A stretch of DNA of 60,072 nt, filler included, from Catajapyx aquilonaris (taxonomy: Eukaryota), in NCBI GenBank assembly GCA_000934665.2. It is 4 parts of 4 records of this genome, joined end to end, with 100 filler letters (N's around TTAATTAATTAA, not from the genome) between each part and the next. Parts side by side here need not be neighbours in the genome. Positions count along the whole stretch, not along the records: positions 15,053 to 29,978 come from JYFJ02007650.1; positions 30,079 to 45,002 come from JYFJ02007651.1; 2 more parts are not named here. One strand, written 5' to 3'. Positions 26,886 through 39,389 of this stretch are shown here, in pieces. Below the pieces are notes generated by a model. The model was not told the origin of the DNA. It did not search any database and saw only the letters and a program-made list of their open reading frames with translations. Made by a program: the position numbers and the translations under genes. Numbering within the stretch: position 1 is the stretch's first letter; each line of letters starts with the position of its first letter.

Positions 26886-27620
26886 ATATTATCTAGATGA
26901 TTGCCTAACTCAGTGGTTTACAAACTGGGGTAGCGAACACAAGTTTGGGGGTACACGAAAGATATTGTGCAATGGCGTCCAGTCTCTACATTTGTGGGAA
27001 CCATATTATTCTTTCAACAAGAATGAACCAACTTAATTGTGAGAAAAACACAAAAATGGTCCTACTCATTCCCATCTTTCTTTTTGTTATTAATATTTTA
27101 GTGAAGATTTATTTTATGCAGAGGCATTTTCTGACTGCTGCTATTTTCATCCAGCACACACGTTGAAACTCAAGAAGCAACATGTCAGTGTTAACTCTAA
27201 CAATTGCTTCATCATTGTGCTTTGAAACATGAAGGATTTTAAAATAAACTCTGACTGCAGAGGCTGATCTCACTGGCCTAAAAATTTTCGAGTCTCAGCG
27301 AATGAAACTGGGGATTTAAAACATCCCCGCCAATATATATAATATGCAAAGCAAAATCGAAGGATTGATTTAAAAATTCAAGTTTTGGGGAAAATGTTGT
27401 ATGATACAAGGTAGCAACTTTTCTCGTTTTCCAACACTCCAAGAATTTCAAAGCGACAGTGGAGGCCCAGTGGACAGTACATGAATCAATTGGCACAATA
27501 GTTTAGGAATTATTTTTTCGAAATGGACATGCCAACCATCAGTTGCTTTGGGGCTGAATAAATGGAAGACTATCTGGGCCTAGCAACTAGTGCAGTGCTG
27601 TGAAGTACTGTCTGAACCCC

Positions 27621-28691
27621 TTGAGCCCCAGCTATACCGCCATCGCTTAGATTTTTGTTTCTGTTAAATTTACATGTACTCTGAAGATAAAAAATAAGAT
27701 ATTTTGCCAATAATAACAGCTATACTTACACTTTCATGCTTTACGCTATTTATGTGTTTGGAACCAGTTTCATAGTCTAGATGTCCCTAAATCAATTTCC
27801 AAAAAGATCGCTGTAAATTCCATCGCCTAGATTGTTGCTTGCACTTACTTTGTACATAAGTACAAGATATTTCACAAATAATAACAGATACACTTACACG
27901 TTCATGCTCTACACTATGAATGCATTGGAAACAATTTTCACTCGTCTATAAGTCCCTAAATTAATTTTAAAAAGTAATAACTTGAAATTAAATTACTACT
28001 GGCCAACCGTTAGGCCACCTCCTAGATTTGCCCTTACATGTACTCTGAAGATAAGGATAAGGATATATTTTACAAAATAATAACAGCTATACTTACATGT
28101 ACCTTGAAAATGCTATGAATGTGTTTGGAACAATTTTCCTCCTCTAGAAGTTCCTAAATTAATTTCCAAAAGATCGCTCTAAAAAAAACTCGACATTCGA
28201 GAACTGCTGGTCAACTGTTAGGCTGATTTAATTATGAAATACATTAAAATATATGGAATATTAACCTTGAGAACCTTGCCAGACGAAGTTGCTGAAATTG
28301 TTGTACTTCGCGAGAAATAAATAAATTTGGCAGATTTCCGAAGTAACAGGAAAGCCGCTGATCAGAAATAATTTATTTCTCGCAAAGGACAACGATTTCA
28401 GCAAATTCGTCTGGCACTATTCTCAATATTGTTATTCTGTGTACTTGAACATATTTCATAATTCAATCAGCCAAGTAGTTGGCCGGAAGTACTCGAATTT
28501 TGAGTTTTACAGCGATATTTTTGGAAATTAATTTAGAGACTTCTAGACAGGGAAAATTGTTCCAGACACATTCATAGTGTTTTCCCTGATCGGGTAAGTA
28601 TAGCTGTTATTTTGTGTAAAATATCTTGTCCGTATCTTCAGAGTATTCATAAGTGGAAAACTAGGCGCTGGCGGGTATAGCTGGGGCTCAA
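27621..28691. mobile_element. Non-autonomous DNA element with internal subrepeats
   Basis: TIR ttgagccccagctatacc / ggtatagctggggctcaa; internal blocks (tacatgtactctgaagataa...ataataacagctatacttaca) recur directly and inverted. Confidence 0.7.
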
Positions 28692-28869
28692 TACCATTTA
28701 CTAACTACGTGTTTATGTGAAGCTGTTTTTCATTAATGTCCATGAAAACAAAGTACTGTCATCAACTTTGTGTTGAGAAACACCTCAGGCTTAAACTGAC
28801 ACCACTACTTGTCCCCAATATTAACCATAAGTGTGAAAGAAAGAAATCACACCCATCACATTAACTGAT

Positions 28870-29208
28870 TAAAAAAAACAAACTTACCCCATTGGGAGAA
28901 TCAACGCTCCTTTAGGGGGGTGGAATACCACCATTTTCCATATAAATTTTCGGAATTTTTCTTCTAACACCGTGCAGTGGAGAAAGGGAAATGGGGAAGG
29001 GAATGGGGATTTTTGGGGAGGGGACACAGGTGCAAGTGCAATGTCTGAAAAGGGTCATGTGCAGTCCCCCAGGAGGCTAGGTTGCCAAGACGCTTCCTAG
29101 TCAGAGACCCACTGACGCAGGGGAAAGGGAAATCGCAGGCGGGGATCGAACCCGGGACCTTCCGCACAGCAAGCCGAGCCGTTGTCAACTCGTCCACCAC
29201 GCCTCCCC
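28870..29208 (-). mobile_element. tRNA-derived SINE (head B, tail Y)
   Basis: Minus-strand tRNA head with gggttcgatcccc; 13-bp TSD cacattaactgat at 28857-28869 and 29209-29221. Confidence 0.85.
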
Positions 29209-29239
29209 CACATTAACTGATATTTGCCCACAGTTACTA

Positions 29240-29839
29240 CGAGGGCGAATCAAAAAGTAATTGAAACTTTTTTAATTCAGAAGTTTCTTCGAGAGAAACT
29301 GAAACTAAGATATACATATGAAAGGGCACGCTGAAGTTCTGATCTGCCAGGTGCTTCTTCATTGGCCCAAAGAGATGTTTGACCGTGGGTAAAACCACCT
29401 CTTTGGACCAAAAAAGAAGCACCTGGCAGGTCATAACTTCAGTGTGGGTGGGAAGCCAGTGTGGGATGGCCTCTGTCGCTTCCTGGATGTCGCTGAGGTC
29501 TTGAGAAGCTGGTGCTTCTTTTTTGGTCCAAAGGGGTGGTTTTACCCATGGTCTACCATCTCTTTGGACCAATGTAGAAGCACCTGGCAGGTCAGAACTT
29601 CAGCGACATCGAGGAAGTGAAAGAGGCCATCCCCCACTGGCTTCCCACCCAGCCAGATGCTTTTTTCTGCAGGGGTATGGAAAAACTCGTGTCTGATGGG
29701 ACAAATGCACCAAATTGTATGGCGACTATGTCTAAAATGAGAAGAAGACTTGCCCTTTCATATGTATATCTCAGTTTCAGTTTCTCTAGTGAAACTTCTG
29801 AATTAAAAAAGTTTTCAATTACTTTCTGATTTGCCCTCG
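29240..29839. mobile_element. mariner-derived foldback element carrying transposase C-terminal remnants on both strands
   Basis: TA|cgagggcgaatcaaaaagtaattg ... caattactttctgatttgccctcg|TA with ~90-bp arms. Remnants HLFGPMKKHLADQNFS and KHLAGQNFSDIEEVKEAIPHWLPTQPDAFFCRGMEKLV resemble the mariner transposase C-terminus. Confidence 0.85.
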
Positions 29840-29978
29840 TATTTTCAGGTAACAGGTAGGAGTAGGGGTACAGTGCAGGCCATATACAGGGTGATCCAAC
29901 TCTATGGCACCAGTAGTTATTGAAAAAATCGCGCAAGCTGCTTGTTTATAAGCAAGTCGTTGCTAAGAGATGCTTTCT

Positions 29979-30078
29979 NNNNNNNNNNNNNNNNNNNNNN
30001 NNNNNNNNNNNNNNNNNNNNNNTTAATTAATTAANNNNNNNNNNNNNNNNNNNNNNNNNNNNNNNNNNNNNNNNNNNN
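29979..30078. other. Artificial 100-nt contig spacer
   Basis: N-TTAATTAATTAA-N, identical to 14953-15052. Confidence 0.95.
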
Positions 30079-32022
30079 TGTATCTGGATTAAAATATATT
30101 GTTTTTGTGTTAAAGGAAAGTTTACGTTTTTTTTTTTATTGCTTCAATTTGCAAGCTGTTATTGCGCAGCTAACACCGCTACAGGAAAATATGGTGGGAG
30201 AAGGTATGTACAGTACTTGCAGAAAAATTACCAAGTTTTAGCAATAAACCCAAGAAGACACATTGATCAAAAAATCAACATCATCTAAAAATAACTTGCT
30301 CCAGAAAATCAACAATGGGTCAATTATTTGACCTAAAAACCAATGCACTCGGATCATCAAAATACATGCCACAAATCACGCCCGCGAAACAAGTGCAGCA
30401 ATCATTCCAGGTAATCAACATTGGTTTAATACGGATCAAAAAGGGGGCGATACTCACCACACACATCCCAAGTTCAAATGCGGTCCACGTCAACACGGGA
30501 ACAGCAAACAATCATCGAAGGACCAGTCAATAGTATGGGAATCTTGGGACAATACTTGTCGTAGGCTGCTGTGAGCACAAACACGCACTAGTGCAAGGGC
30601 AATGGATAGTTGAGCGCTCATTAAGAGGCTCTCCAAACGCCAACATAATTATGCTGGTTCCGAAAGTAGCAGAGCACAGAATGAGTGAGAGGTGATGCTC
30701 CCCGTAGCAGCAGCCTTCTCTGTCCAAATACGATAAGCAACCGATGAAAGCCCGGCTGCGTCGAATAGGAAGTAAAATGGTTACTAGTAAGTCAAGGAGC
30801 ATGTCGAAATGCTTAGTCCAGCCAAATGGAAGGGAATTTTAAAAGGTATGGATGTATGGAATTTTCTGCGCATTTTTGAATCAAGGAATAATTTCCAAAG
30901 CCGTTTCGCGTCAATCGAATTGATCTTTTTATCGTAGCACATTGGATTGATTTCTCAATAGAAAATACCGTCGTATTTTAATTTATTAATAAATAGCACC
31001 GTTAAATGTGGTGCAGCGAAGTGTAGCAATTTCTGAAAAAGTCAACCACTAATAAACATTTTGAAAATTCAGCGAGAGATTTCTTTTCGTAATATCAATT
31101 CTGTTTGTTGGTTGTTGCGGCCCATGAAGTTCGCTATTAAAATTTACGTCCAGCTAAACAACAAATTAACGTAATGACAGCAATTTTTACCAGACCCCAC
31201 AGAAATTCACTATCGCATTCCAGTTATTAATCGACAAATTAAATTCAACTTTGATATACTCCTAGCTCTATTGTTACTATTCTGAAGTACAGATAATCTT
31301 AATTGCAGTTTGTTTATTACCCCACACCACTGCATTTCTTAGGAGGTGAACGTAGAATAATGGGTTTGGGCACTTAAATAGATATAAGAACTGATTAATA
31401 AATATGAAGAACGTGAGGCAAATCAAATAAGTTATGTAGATAAAATAAATGAACTGCCCAGAGTATAATTTATAATTAAAATACGGGCACGACTAAATGT
31501 AGCTTACCACATTTTTATTAGGTCTACCTGTACGTAATGGACCGTTTTATATATATTTTAAAGCAACTAATTTTGCAGGGCACGTAAAAATTTTTAAAAT
31601 TTTTATCATGGTGGTAGGGGAAATTCCTATACTGTAGTAAGAAACACCTTGCATGAAAGAGGTCATGGTGTGTCCCTACCCAGTGTGCTGGGGGTCATGC
31701 TGACCGCCCTAGAGTCGAGCGAACCCTCCTTCCAAGCAACAACAACCACAATTGAGTCAGGTCAGATGCTGAGGTGCAATAAAAGGCAGCAGCTTTGTTT
31801 TGTATGGGGTCAGCCAACAATGGCAGGTGGCGATTCCTATCTTCCGGATGTCCCAAGATCGTGGCTGGTCCGACACGTCCGGGCGTCCCAAAGGAGGTGT
31901 AATCATCCGCAGGGTGTGATGATGGTGGGACAAAAAGGGGCGCAGGGAGGGACAGAGGAACCGCCTCTTCCGTGTCCTCAAACGGAACAGATGATCCCAG
32001 GATACCACGGCTCAGCTTCACC

Positions 32023-32030
32023 TATAAATA
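32023..32030 (+). promoter_or_regulatory. TATA box of gene A
   Basis: TATAAATA 45 nt upstream of ATG 32068; TATAAA also precedes genes C (~35128), D (~39296) and E (~42139). Confidence 0.6.
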
Positions 32031-32067
32031 GTGGTGGCGCAGGGAGGGCCAAATTGGGCTTCCGACA

Positions 32068-32963
32068 ATGGGGACGCTGCTGTGGTGGTGCCAACTGCTC
32101 CTTCTGTCGGCCACGTGGCTCCAGACACTGCCGGGAACACAGGTTGGCCTCCAAACACCCTTGCACCTGACTCGTCCTGACACACCCTGTACACATTCCA
32201 GGCAGCAGGAGACTGCCAGCTTCCGGACCATGGACAGAAGATGAGAGACACTCTGGAGAGCTGCAGAAAGAAGCACGGAAACAACCTTCTGGTAAGTGCC
32301 TGAAAATCCAGACAACAATGATCGCAACAACCTCTTTTTTTCCCCCTCTCCGGCCAGTGTTGGTTCATGTGCATCACTGTCGACATGGAGATGGTGAGTA
32401 CACATAGTTGTTACGAGTCCGGCCATATTGTTGCCCCCGTTTGACCCTCAGGTGAAGGAGGACGGTAAGCCGAACCAGAAGAAGATCAGGGAGGCAATGG
32501 ACGACCTTCCGGACGGAGTGCTGAAGGACACCATGAAGCTGGCCACCAAGAAGTGCCTCAAGAAGGGTACCAAGATCGACATGAAGAAGGCCAACTGCAT
32601 GGGAATCATGAAGCTCGGGATGTGCATCAAGAGCGAGCTCGACAAGGTAATTAGTCCTACACGAAAAGCTAGTCCGCAAAATTGATGCAATGTTAGTATG
32701 AAATGTAGAGGATTCCAAGAATAATATCTGACCGTGTACAGTACCGCAAACACAATAATTTTAAATGAAAAAAGTGAAACTGAATTTTTAATCATGTTGG
32801 ATCAGTTGTAAAAGAGTTATCCATTTGCATTTTTTTCTTTTAGTTGTGTTCCCGTATTTTTAAACAATTAATTGGCAAAACGCATTCCGTTACGTCAATT
32901 TCAATGTCCAACTGTTTGATCTTAAAATTTTGTTTTCAGACATGCTCTGGCGTTATGGATTAA
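32068..32963 (+). CDS. Secreted 8-Cys OBP-like protein A (139 aa)
   Basis: Exons 32068-32142, 32202-32291, 32358-32393, 32452-32646, 32940-32963: MGTLLWWCQLLLLSATWLQTLPGTQ/AAGDCQLPDHGQKMRDTLESCRKKHGNNLL/CWFMCITVDMEM/VKEDGKPNQKKIREAMDDLPDGVLKDTMKLATKKCLKKGTKIDMKKANCMGIMKLGMCIKSELDK/TCSGVMD*; AATAAA at ~33126. Confidence 0.85.
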
Positions 32964-33576
32964 TACAACGGAATATCGTCTTGAGCGGGCTTCAATTATC
33001 TCATTTATTATTGCTCGCAACAGACACACCAATAATGGTACACAATCACAGCAGCAGCAGTTCCCCCTCGCCATTTTTTTACAGCAACTCTATTTAATCA
33101 TTATGTATACCTCGTAATGTAAGCAAATAAAATGCTCGAGTGGCACACCACTTCATTAGTGATTTCATGCGAAGTACTTTTTGCATGAAAGCATTTTTTT
33201 TCCTTCAGTTGCGTGTGCTGTGAGAAATATTGCCTAATGACGTCATCGTATGTATCGCATCATTTTGCATAGACATTTTCTGCCCCCAATATTTGAATAT
33301 TCCTGGCCCCCCAGTTGCGCCGACGCAGTGTGGGTCATTCAATGTGTGGGAATCATCGATCCTTTCTATGGCTGGCGTGGCACACTAACCGGAGAGGAAA
33401 AAAGACCCTGCCGCAGACCAGTTGTTTTGATCCGCCTTTTACACACGTCGCACCACAAGCTGCTCAACAACCATTGTTGCCCCCCTGGCCATTGGCACCC
33501 TCGGGTCTCCTGGACAACAGAGGAAAACAGTAAACAAACCACAACATTTTTGGAAAACGTCTAGTCAGACTGTGTA

Positions 33577-34871
33577 ATGGTTCGTTTCTGGATTCCTCTC
33601 TTCTTCACCGGGATCTTCGGATCTCTGGTAAGTCAGGCAGTTCATACTCTTCGTACACTGTGCGGTCATGCACCGGGTCATATNATACTTTGACAGTGCG
33701 TGGGTGACGCCAAATGTTTATCAACATCGCCCTTGGCTCCCATCGATCGCATTGCTTTGCTTGTACAGTACTGTACACACATGAACATTATTGCAATGTT
33801 GCTCTGTACGCTATACATGTTGGCCCACATAAATCATAAGAATATTTTCGAACTAATTTTAGGCCAAATTTGTAGGCAGCTCCGTCTGCCGTTGCTTAGT
33901 TACATAGTCACCAAAATAAGTATTAGAAAAGCCTGATTACTCGCAAGGTAATTACACGCCTACTAGTTGGCCTAATAAACAACAATGCAAATGTGATTGT
34001 CAGGTTGACGGCTGCGAGTACCCTTCTCACCTGCAAGGAAGCATCAGCTCCATCAAAGGGTGTCTGGAGCGGTATGGAAAGATGGATGCGGTACGTACAC
34101 ACAGACTATACTATAGGTGATTGTTTTTTTTTCACGAGCGCAACCAGGTGCGCACCCACACTTGCGCAACATTATTCCTCAGGTAGCCTTCCAGAGCAAA
34201 GTCGGCCATCATATTGGTACCCCTTCAAGCGTAGTGTTGGAAACAATTTGCGCCAACTGTGTTGCGCACTCCGTTGCTCTCATTTTTTAAAAATCGTACG
34301 TATTCGTGGAACCTCGTGTCTAATTTGCGAATAAACAATTTCTTTATTTTCGACCGTTGCAGTGCTCCGTGCCATGCGTCTTGGACGTGCTCGGATGGGT
34401 AAGTCGTATGCCAAATCCTTTTGGCCATTGGCGACAACAATACTCATGGGTGCCCATTCTTCTTTCAATGTACCAGAGCGACAATCAGGGCCTTCCTGAC
34501 GTGGACAAGGCGGGTCGGATGGCGTCGGAGCTTCCTTCAGGAGACTTCAAGAAGGCCGTCGAGGCAGTCGTCGAGTGCATCAGGGACAAGGGTACTTTCC
34601 ACTCTCTGTCCAAACCTTTGTTGATGAGCGTGTAGATGTTTGTCTAAATGGATTGTGCCCCACCAGGTTCGTCTGTTCGTCCCCGCAAGCAGGACAAGGA
34701 CTGCCTGAGCTTCGCCCCGTTGGGCCTGTGCATGCGCCGAGCCTTCAAGCAGGTACGTATACCAACGTATATAGTACGGCGCGTGTCCGGACACACGACC
34801 GGACGTTCCAATCTGTTTCAATAATTATCGTGTTTTTTGTGTGTCGTTTGCAGAAGTGCCCCATCCTCTGA
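33577..34871 (+). CDS. Secreted 8-Cys OBP-like protein B (130 aa)
   Basis: Exons 33577-33627, 34004-34090, 34363-34398, 34477-34591, 34667-34752, 34854-34871: MVRFWIPLFFTGIFGSL/VDGCEYPSHLQGSISSIKGCLERYGKMDA/CSVPCVLDVLGW/SDNQGLPDVDKAGRMASELPSGDFKKAVEAVVECIRDK/GSSVRPRKQDKDCLSFAPLGLCMRRAFKQ/KCPIL*; AATAAA at 34931. Confidence 0.85.
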
Positions 34872-35227
34872 GCGTCATCGGAGGAAGCGTCTCCGGCGTC
34901 GCCCTCCCCCGCCATCTGGGCAATGACAGTAATAAAGGAGCAAGGGCATTGCGTTTCTATTGTTCGACAAAATATTTCGTGTGTTTGTGTTTCCTTCCAA
35001 TATGGCAGGCCGCCCCCACACAGGTCTATTAAATTGTGTATTATTGCGATTGTCCACCCTTGTCCCCGCCCACTCTTCCTTCCGCCCACGCGTATACCTC
35101 CTCAGAGGGGGGTTATTAAAATAATGTTATAAAGGCAACCGCGGTCGCCACCCGAGTCTATTTAGAGACGACTCGGGAGGAGGTGATCTGCACAACACAA
35201 ATAGGCACATCACACACCGCCCGCAAG

Positions 35228-37303
35228 ATGAAGTTCGGAGGGTTCCTATGCATCACCCTGTTGTTGGCCGTCGCTCTCCTCTCGGATCCAGTGGTGAGGC
35301 TTGGGGAAGGACATTGTTGCGGACAAGTGCCGTTTCTCTTTCATTCAGAGCCATAAACGTCTCCAGCAAAACAAAAATGACATAACTACGGTTTAGGAGC
35401 AAAAACTCGGCATTAATCACTCATTGTTGGCAAGTCTTTGTTGCCATTCTTTGCCGCCATACCAAACAAAATGCCTTGCAAAATGCCCATTTTCACTTTA
35501 CGATGCCGTTTGATGGGCGTGGACAACAACTTCATGGCACAACATGCAGATTGGCCATTCTTCGATCGAGAGGCAGTATTGTTGCCTTATATGTCGACAG
35601 GCACAAAATTTCCAATGTGATTTTAGGGGGTGCAATGCAAGTTTCATGGCCCTTTCGGGACTCAAATAACTTTTTTTAAAAAAAGAGCACTTAGCCGCAA
35701 CAATGCTGGATATTTTAGCACTTGGGAATGTAGCCGGAATTTTAGGAAAGGGTGCAACTGAATGGCTGGGGAAAACATGCAGAAAATTTCGACATTATGG
35801 CTTTGGAACAAAGGGTGGAATTTTCGTCTTATACTGCTAATAGTTTCTGCTAGCAGCCTGCTATACTGCTAATCAGGCTTCTCCCATAAGCCTTTTCACA
35901 AATTACCTCGATTATTATCATCAGAAAGTTGACACTGATACTGCTAACTTAGTAGTACCTAGCAGTGTGACGAAAGTTCCACCCAAAATCTTTAGTAACA
36001 ACAGCGCTTTAATTTTTTGTGCATAATTTGTGCATACATATTAGAAACTATGTTTTTCATGCTATTGAGAATCTTCATGAATAAGGCAGGTGGGTGTGGG
36101 GGTTGGAGCACCGAGATGTGATCCAAGGAGGCATATTTTGAATATTACTGCAATCACAGCCGGGTATTCAGGTCCGCGACATGCAAATGATAACCTTAAA
36201 TAGAAAGAAAAGAGACAAAACTGTTAAACATTGTTCAGAATATTAATTATGGAGTCATCAATGCTGGAGACTTATAGGAACTTTACATGAAAAATGGCAC
36301 GAGCTTGAACCCATACTAAACTGAAGGTTACAGCCAAGACCTTTGAAATCTGTTTGAAATTGTGCATTATTATGTGGATATTTTGTTATAGAGGAGCAGC
36401 TGCGCGTGGCCTCCTGAGCTCAACCTGGAAGATGCCCTCAACAAGTGCCTGGAACAATACGGAAGGGCCCCGGTGAGTTTAATAACCCAAATTTAAATAC
36501 GTACTTTTGCACAATATTACATCCGATTTAATCCATTTTGTAAACAGTGCGCCGTTAAATGTGTCATCGAGGCATGGGGTTGGGTAAGTCCAGAACTCAT
36601 GATCTACTTTTTTTTCCTGGTCCTTCCTCCTGTGTAGTGGTGTAGGCTATAATGTGTCGCCATTTCCTCCCCTGTCGGTGGTCAGTGCAACGACAAGCTG
36701 ATTCCTCAGGCCAAGCTGGTGAAGGGAATCACAGACAAGGTTGAAGAGGCAAGGCTCAAGAAGACTCTCGAGGAGTGCGCAGTTTGCGTCAAGCAGAGAG
36801 GCAAGTGCCATCCAATCGTAACTCACAATTTATTATATTATCCCTCTCCATAAAAATTATCAAGTCGATCGGAGAATGTCGAAATTCGATCGAGACGATC
36901 AGTTCGCATTCACATAAAATAAAATAATATGGAGTGACTGACTCCCCACGGCCTTTGTCTCCAAGCTTGCTTCAATTCCAAGTATCATTGCTCCTAATAG
37001 CACATTATACTAGGGTAAAATTAATTCGACAATGGTTCAGACAAAAGAGGGGGGACTGTTAGGCCAAAACCTATTGTATGTTTCTTATCGTTTCCGATCA
37101 GGAGGGAAGGTGAACCCGAAGCAAGACTCTTGCGTGTCGTACGTGTCCCTCGGAATCTGCATGCAGCGTGCCTTCACCAAGGTCAGTCCAACAATTGCAA
37201 TCCGAAACGCTTCAATTACATGCCCATTTTGCAGGGGAAATGATGAATATTCATGTGCTCCATCTCATTTTTATTCCAGCATTGTCCCAACCTGATTGAA
37301 TAA
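35228..37303 (+). CDS. Secreted 10-Cys OBP-like protein C (133 aa)
   Basis: Exons 35228-35293, 36392-36472, 36548-36583, 36686-36800 (GC donor), 37102-37181, 37280-37303: MKFGGFLCITLLLAVALLSDPV/RSSCAWPPELNLEDALNKCLEQYGRAP/CAVKCVIEAWGW/CNDKLIPQAKLVKGITDKVEEARLKKTLEECAVCVKQR/GGKVNPKQDSCVSYVSLGICMQRAFTK/HCPNLIE*. Confidence 0.87.
35813..35984. mobile_element. GGGTGGAA-terminus MITE in intron 1 of gene C
   Basis: aaa|gggtggaattttcgtc ... gacgaaagttccaccc|aaa; same family as 551-667. Confidence 0.65.
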
Positions 37304-37745
37304 ACTGCCTGATGGAAGAGCAGAGGCAGACATAAAAAAAACGAAAGCAACTCTTGACAACGCAACAATGTGGTCCGAAATCGTGCTGGAAACAAAATAC
37401 CCCACCCATTTAATTCGCACTGTTCTTTTCGTACTGTAGCTGTAAACAATACACAAATCACCGTGCAGTGACTCTTCTAATACGCATTGTCACATTTTAT
37501 TTCCACGTTTCTTTGTAGATGGGTTTTGAACTCGGATGGAGTAACTATCCGATCACTTTATCGGGTAGTTACTCCCACATTGGTGATAAGATGGCCACCA
37601 TGTAGAAGCAAGATGCGCGAACAGGATTTTTTCATTACTATAATTTTATGAATGAACGAAGTCTCTGTTGGCATCTTGCCTCTATTCATTATCCATGACG
37701 GCCATCACGTTTACGTACAACCTAACATTGTAATCCTTGCCAATT

Positions 37746-37917
37746 GATGGGTAAGTCGTGCAAATAATTTTGGCTATTGGCGACAACAATATTTACATAT
37801 CTTTCTTCTTGCAATGTATACCAAAGGGTCTACCTGACGTGGACATGGCGAGTCGGATGGGGTCGGAGATTCCTTCAGGAGACATCAAGAAGGCCGTCCA
37901 GTGCATCAGGGACGAAG
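37746..37917 (+). pseudogene. Truncated copy of gene B (end of exon 3, intron 3 and a damaged exon 4)
   Basis: gatgggtaagtcgt...ttggcgacaacaat matches 34395-34441. GLPDVDMASRMGSEIPSGDIKKAVQCIRDEG aligns to B's GLPDVDKAGRMASELPSGDFKKAVEAVVECIRDKG with a 4-codon deletion. No signal exon and no exons 5-6. Confidence 0.82.
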
Positions 37918-39389
37918 GTACTGTCCCACTCTCTATAACTATGTCCAAACCAACCTTTGTTGCAATAACGAGCATCAGGTTTTCCGCTAAAGCAAACCGC
38001 CTAATCTTCCTCCTATATACTACTATCCACATTTTGGAAAAAAAAAAATATTGGCACCTATAGCGTTTGACAGCAAATATCTCACGAATGAAAAATCCAA
38101 AATATTCGTGCAAAGTGTTGGAGACACATTCTTTCAATCTGTGTAACATATCTCAGAATGGCCCCGTTCGCTCTAATTCGCTACTTTTTTATAGGAGAGG
38201 AAACATGGAAAAGTGTCATTTTTGATGAACCTGCCAGATGACCCCCTATTTGAGAATAATTTTTGTGGAAGTGTCTAAATGTTGATTAAAACCCATCGAA
38301 GGTTCCAACATTTTTTATAAATGTGTTATTTATGATAATTTAATCGCAATTAAGAAAATAAAATCCGCACGTTATCGCGTCAATTTGAGGTGGAAAAAAT
38401 TGTCGATTTCATTGTCGAAACCTTGGCATTTTTATCCGGCACAATAACTATATTTCCAGAAAAATTTATGGCCTGACCCAGGTAAATTAGGCCATGCATC
38501 TAATCAATTTCCGCATTTACCTGTAAGTATTGACAATTTACTATTACAGCACAGTATCCAATAATTCGCATCTTCTCGCTTGTCTCCTCCTTTTCCTACA
38601 TTTTTTTTTCTACAGCAAATATCATACTACAGTACTAATCCCCTTATTCTCTCCGTCTGCTTATATATGTCCGTGTTGACTCATTGCCTGGAGCCCTAGA
38701 GCCAAGACTGTCGTAGTTACCCATAGTTATCACTTTCCCCGTTCAACAATTATTAGAGAACTTATAGCGGTCAGAGAGGGTGGAACCCACGGCGGCCAGA
38801 CGCGTTATAGCACCTGGTGGACTTTGTCCAAGAGGTGACTCATCACCAACGTGCATGTAGTACGTTCCCCCTGAGAGTGGGAGTAGTGTGCAGAGGGAGG
38901 GCAAACAGTGTTACTACTACCAGTCCGTTACTATAGTACGAGATGACTATGGGTTTTGATTCTGTCTTAATTACAATTAAACGATGACGAATAATTCTAT
39001 TGTAGAGCCATAGGCGGACGCGAAAATGTTGGAACAATTCGTAATTAAAAAGGAGGCGGGCTTGATCAGAGGAAGCGTCTCTGGCGTCGGCCTCCCCCGC
39101 CATCTAGGCAATGACAGTAATAAAGGAGCAAGGGCATTGCGTTTCTATTGTTCGACAAGTACTCGTGTGTTGTATCGCTCCTTCCTTCCTTCAGGCAGGT
39201 GGTCCGCCCCCACAGGTTTATTAAATTGTGTGTGTGTCCGTGTCCACTCTTGTCTCCGCCCTCCTTCCACCCACGCTTCCTTACAAAAAAAATGTTATAA
39301 AGGCAACCGTGGTCAGCACCCGCGTCTAGAGTAGACTCCAGGGGGTGATCTGCACAACACAAAAGGCACATCACACACCGCCCACAAAG

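Noticed and set aside
27660..28160. Recurring blocks with variable intervening sequence, superficially array-like
   Set aside because: Degenerate subrepeats inside a TIR element in eukaryotic DNA; not a CRISPR array and no cas genes.
30320..30802. Cys-containing minus-strand ORFs with a donor-like site near 30457
   Set aside because: No family Cys spacing, no coherent exon chain and no recognisable motif; could be UTR of a gene outside the contig.
31649..32795. ORFs of 108-173 aa on both strands around gene A
   Set aside because: GC-rich shadow frames over the promoter and spliced exons of gene A; only part of 32428-32685 is a real exon.
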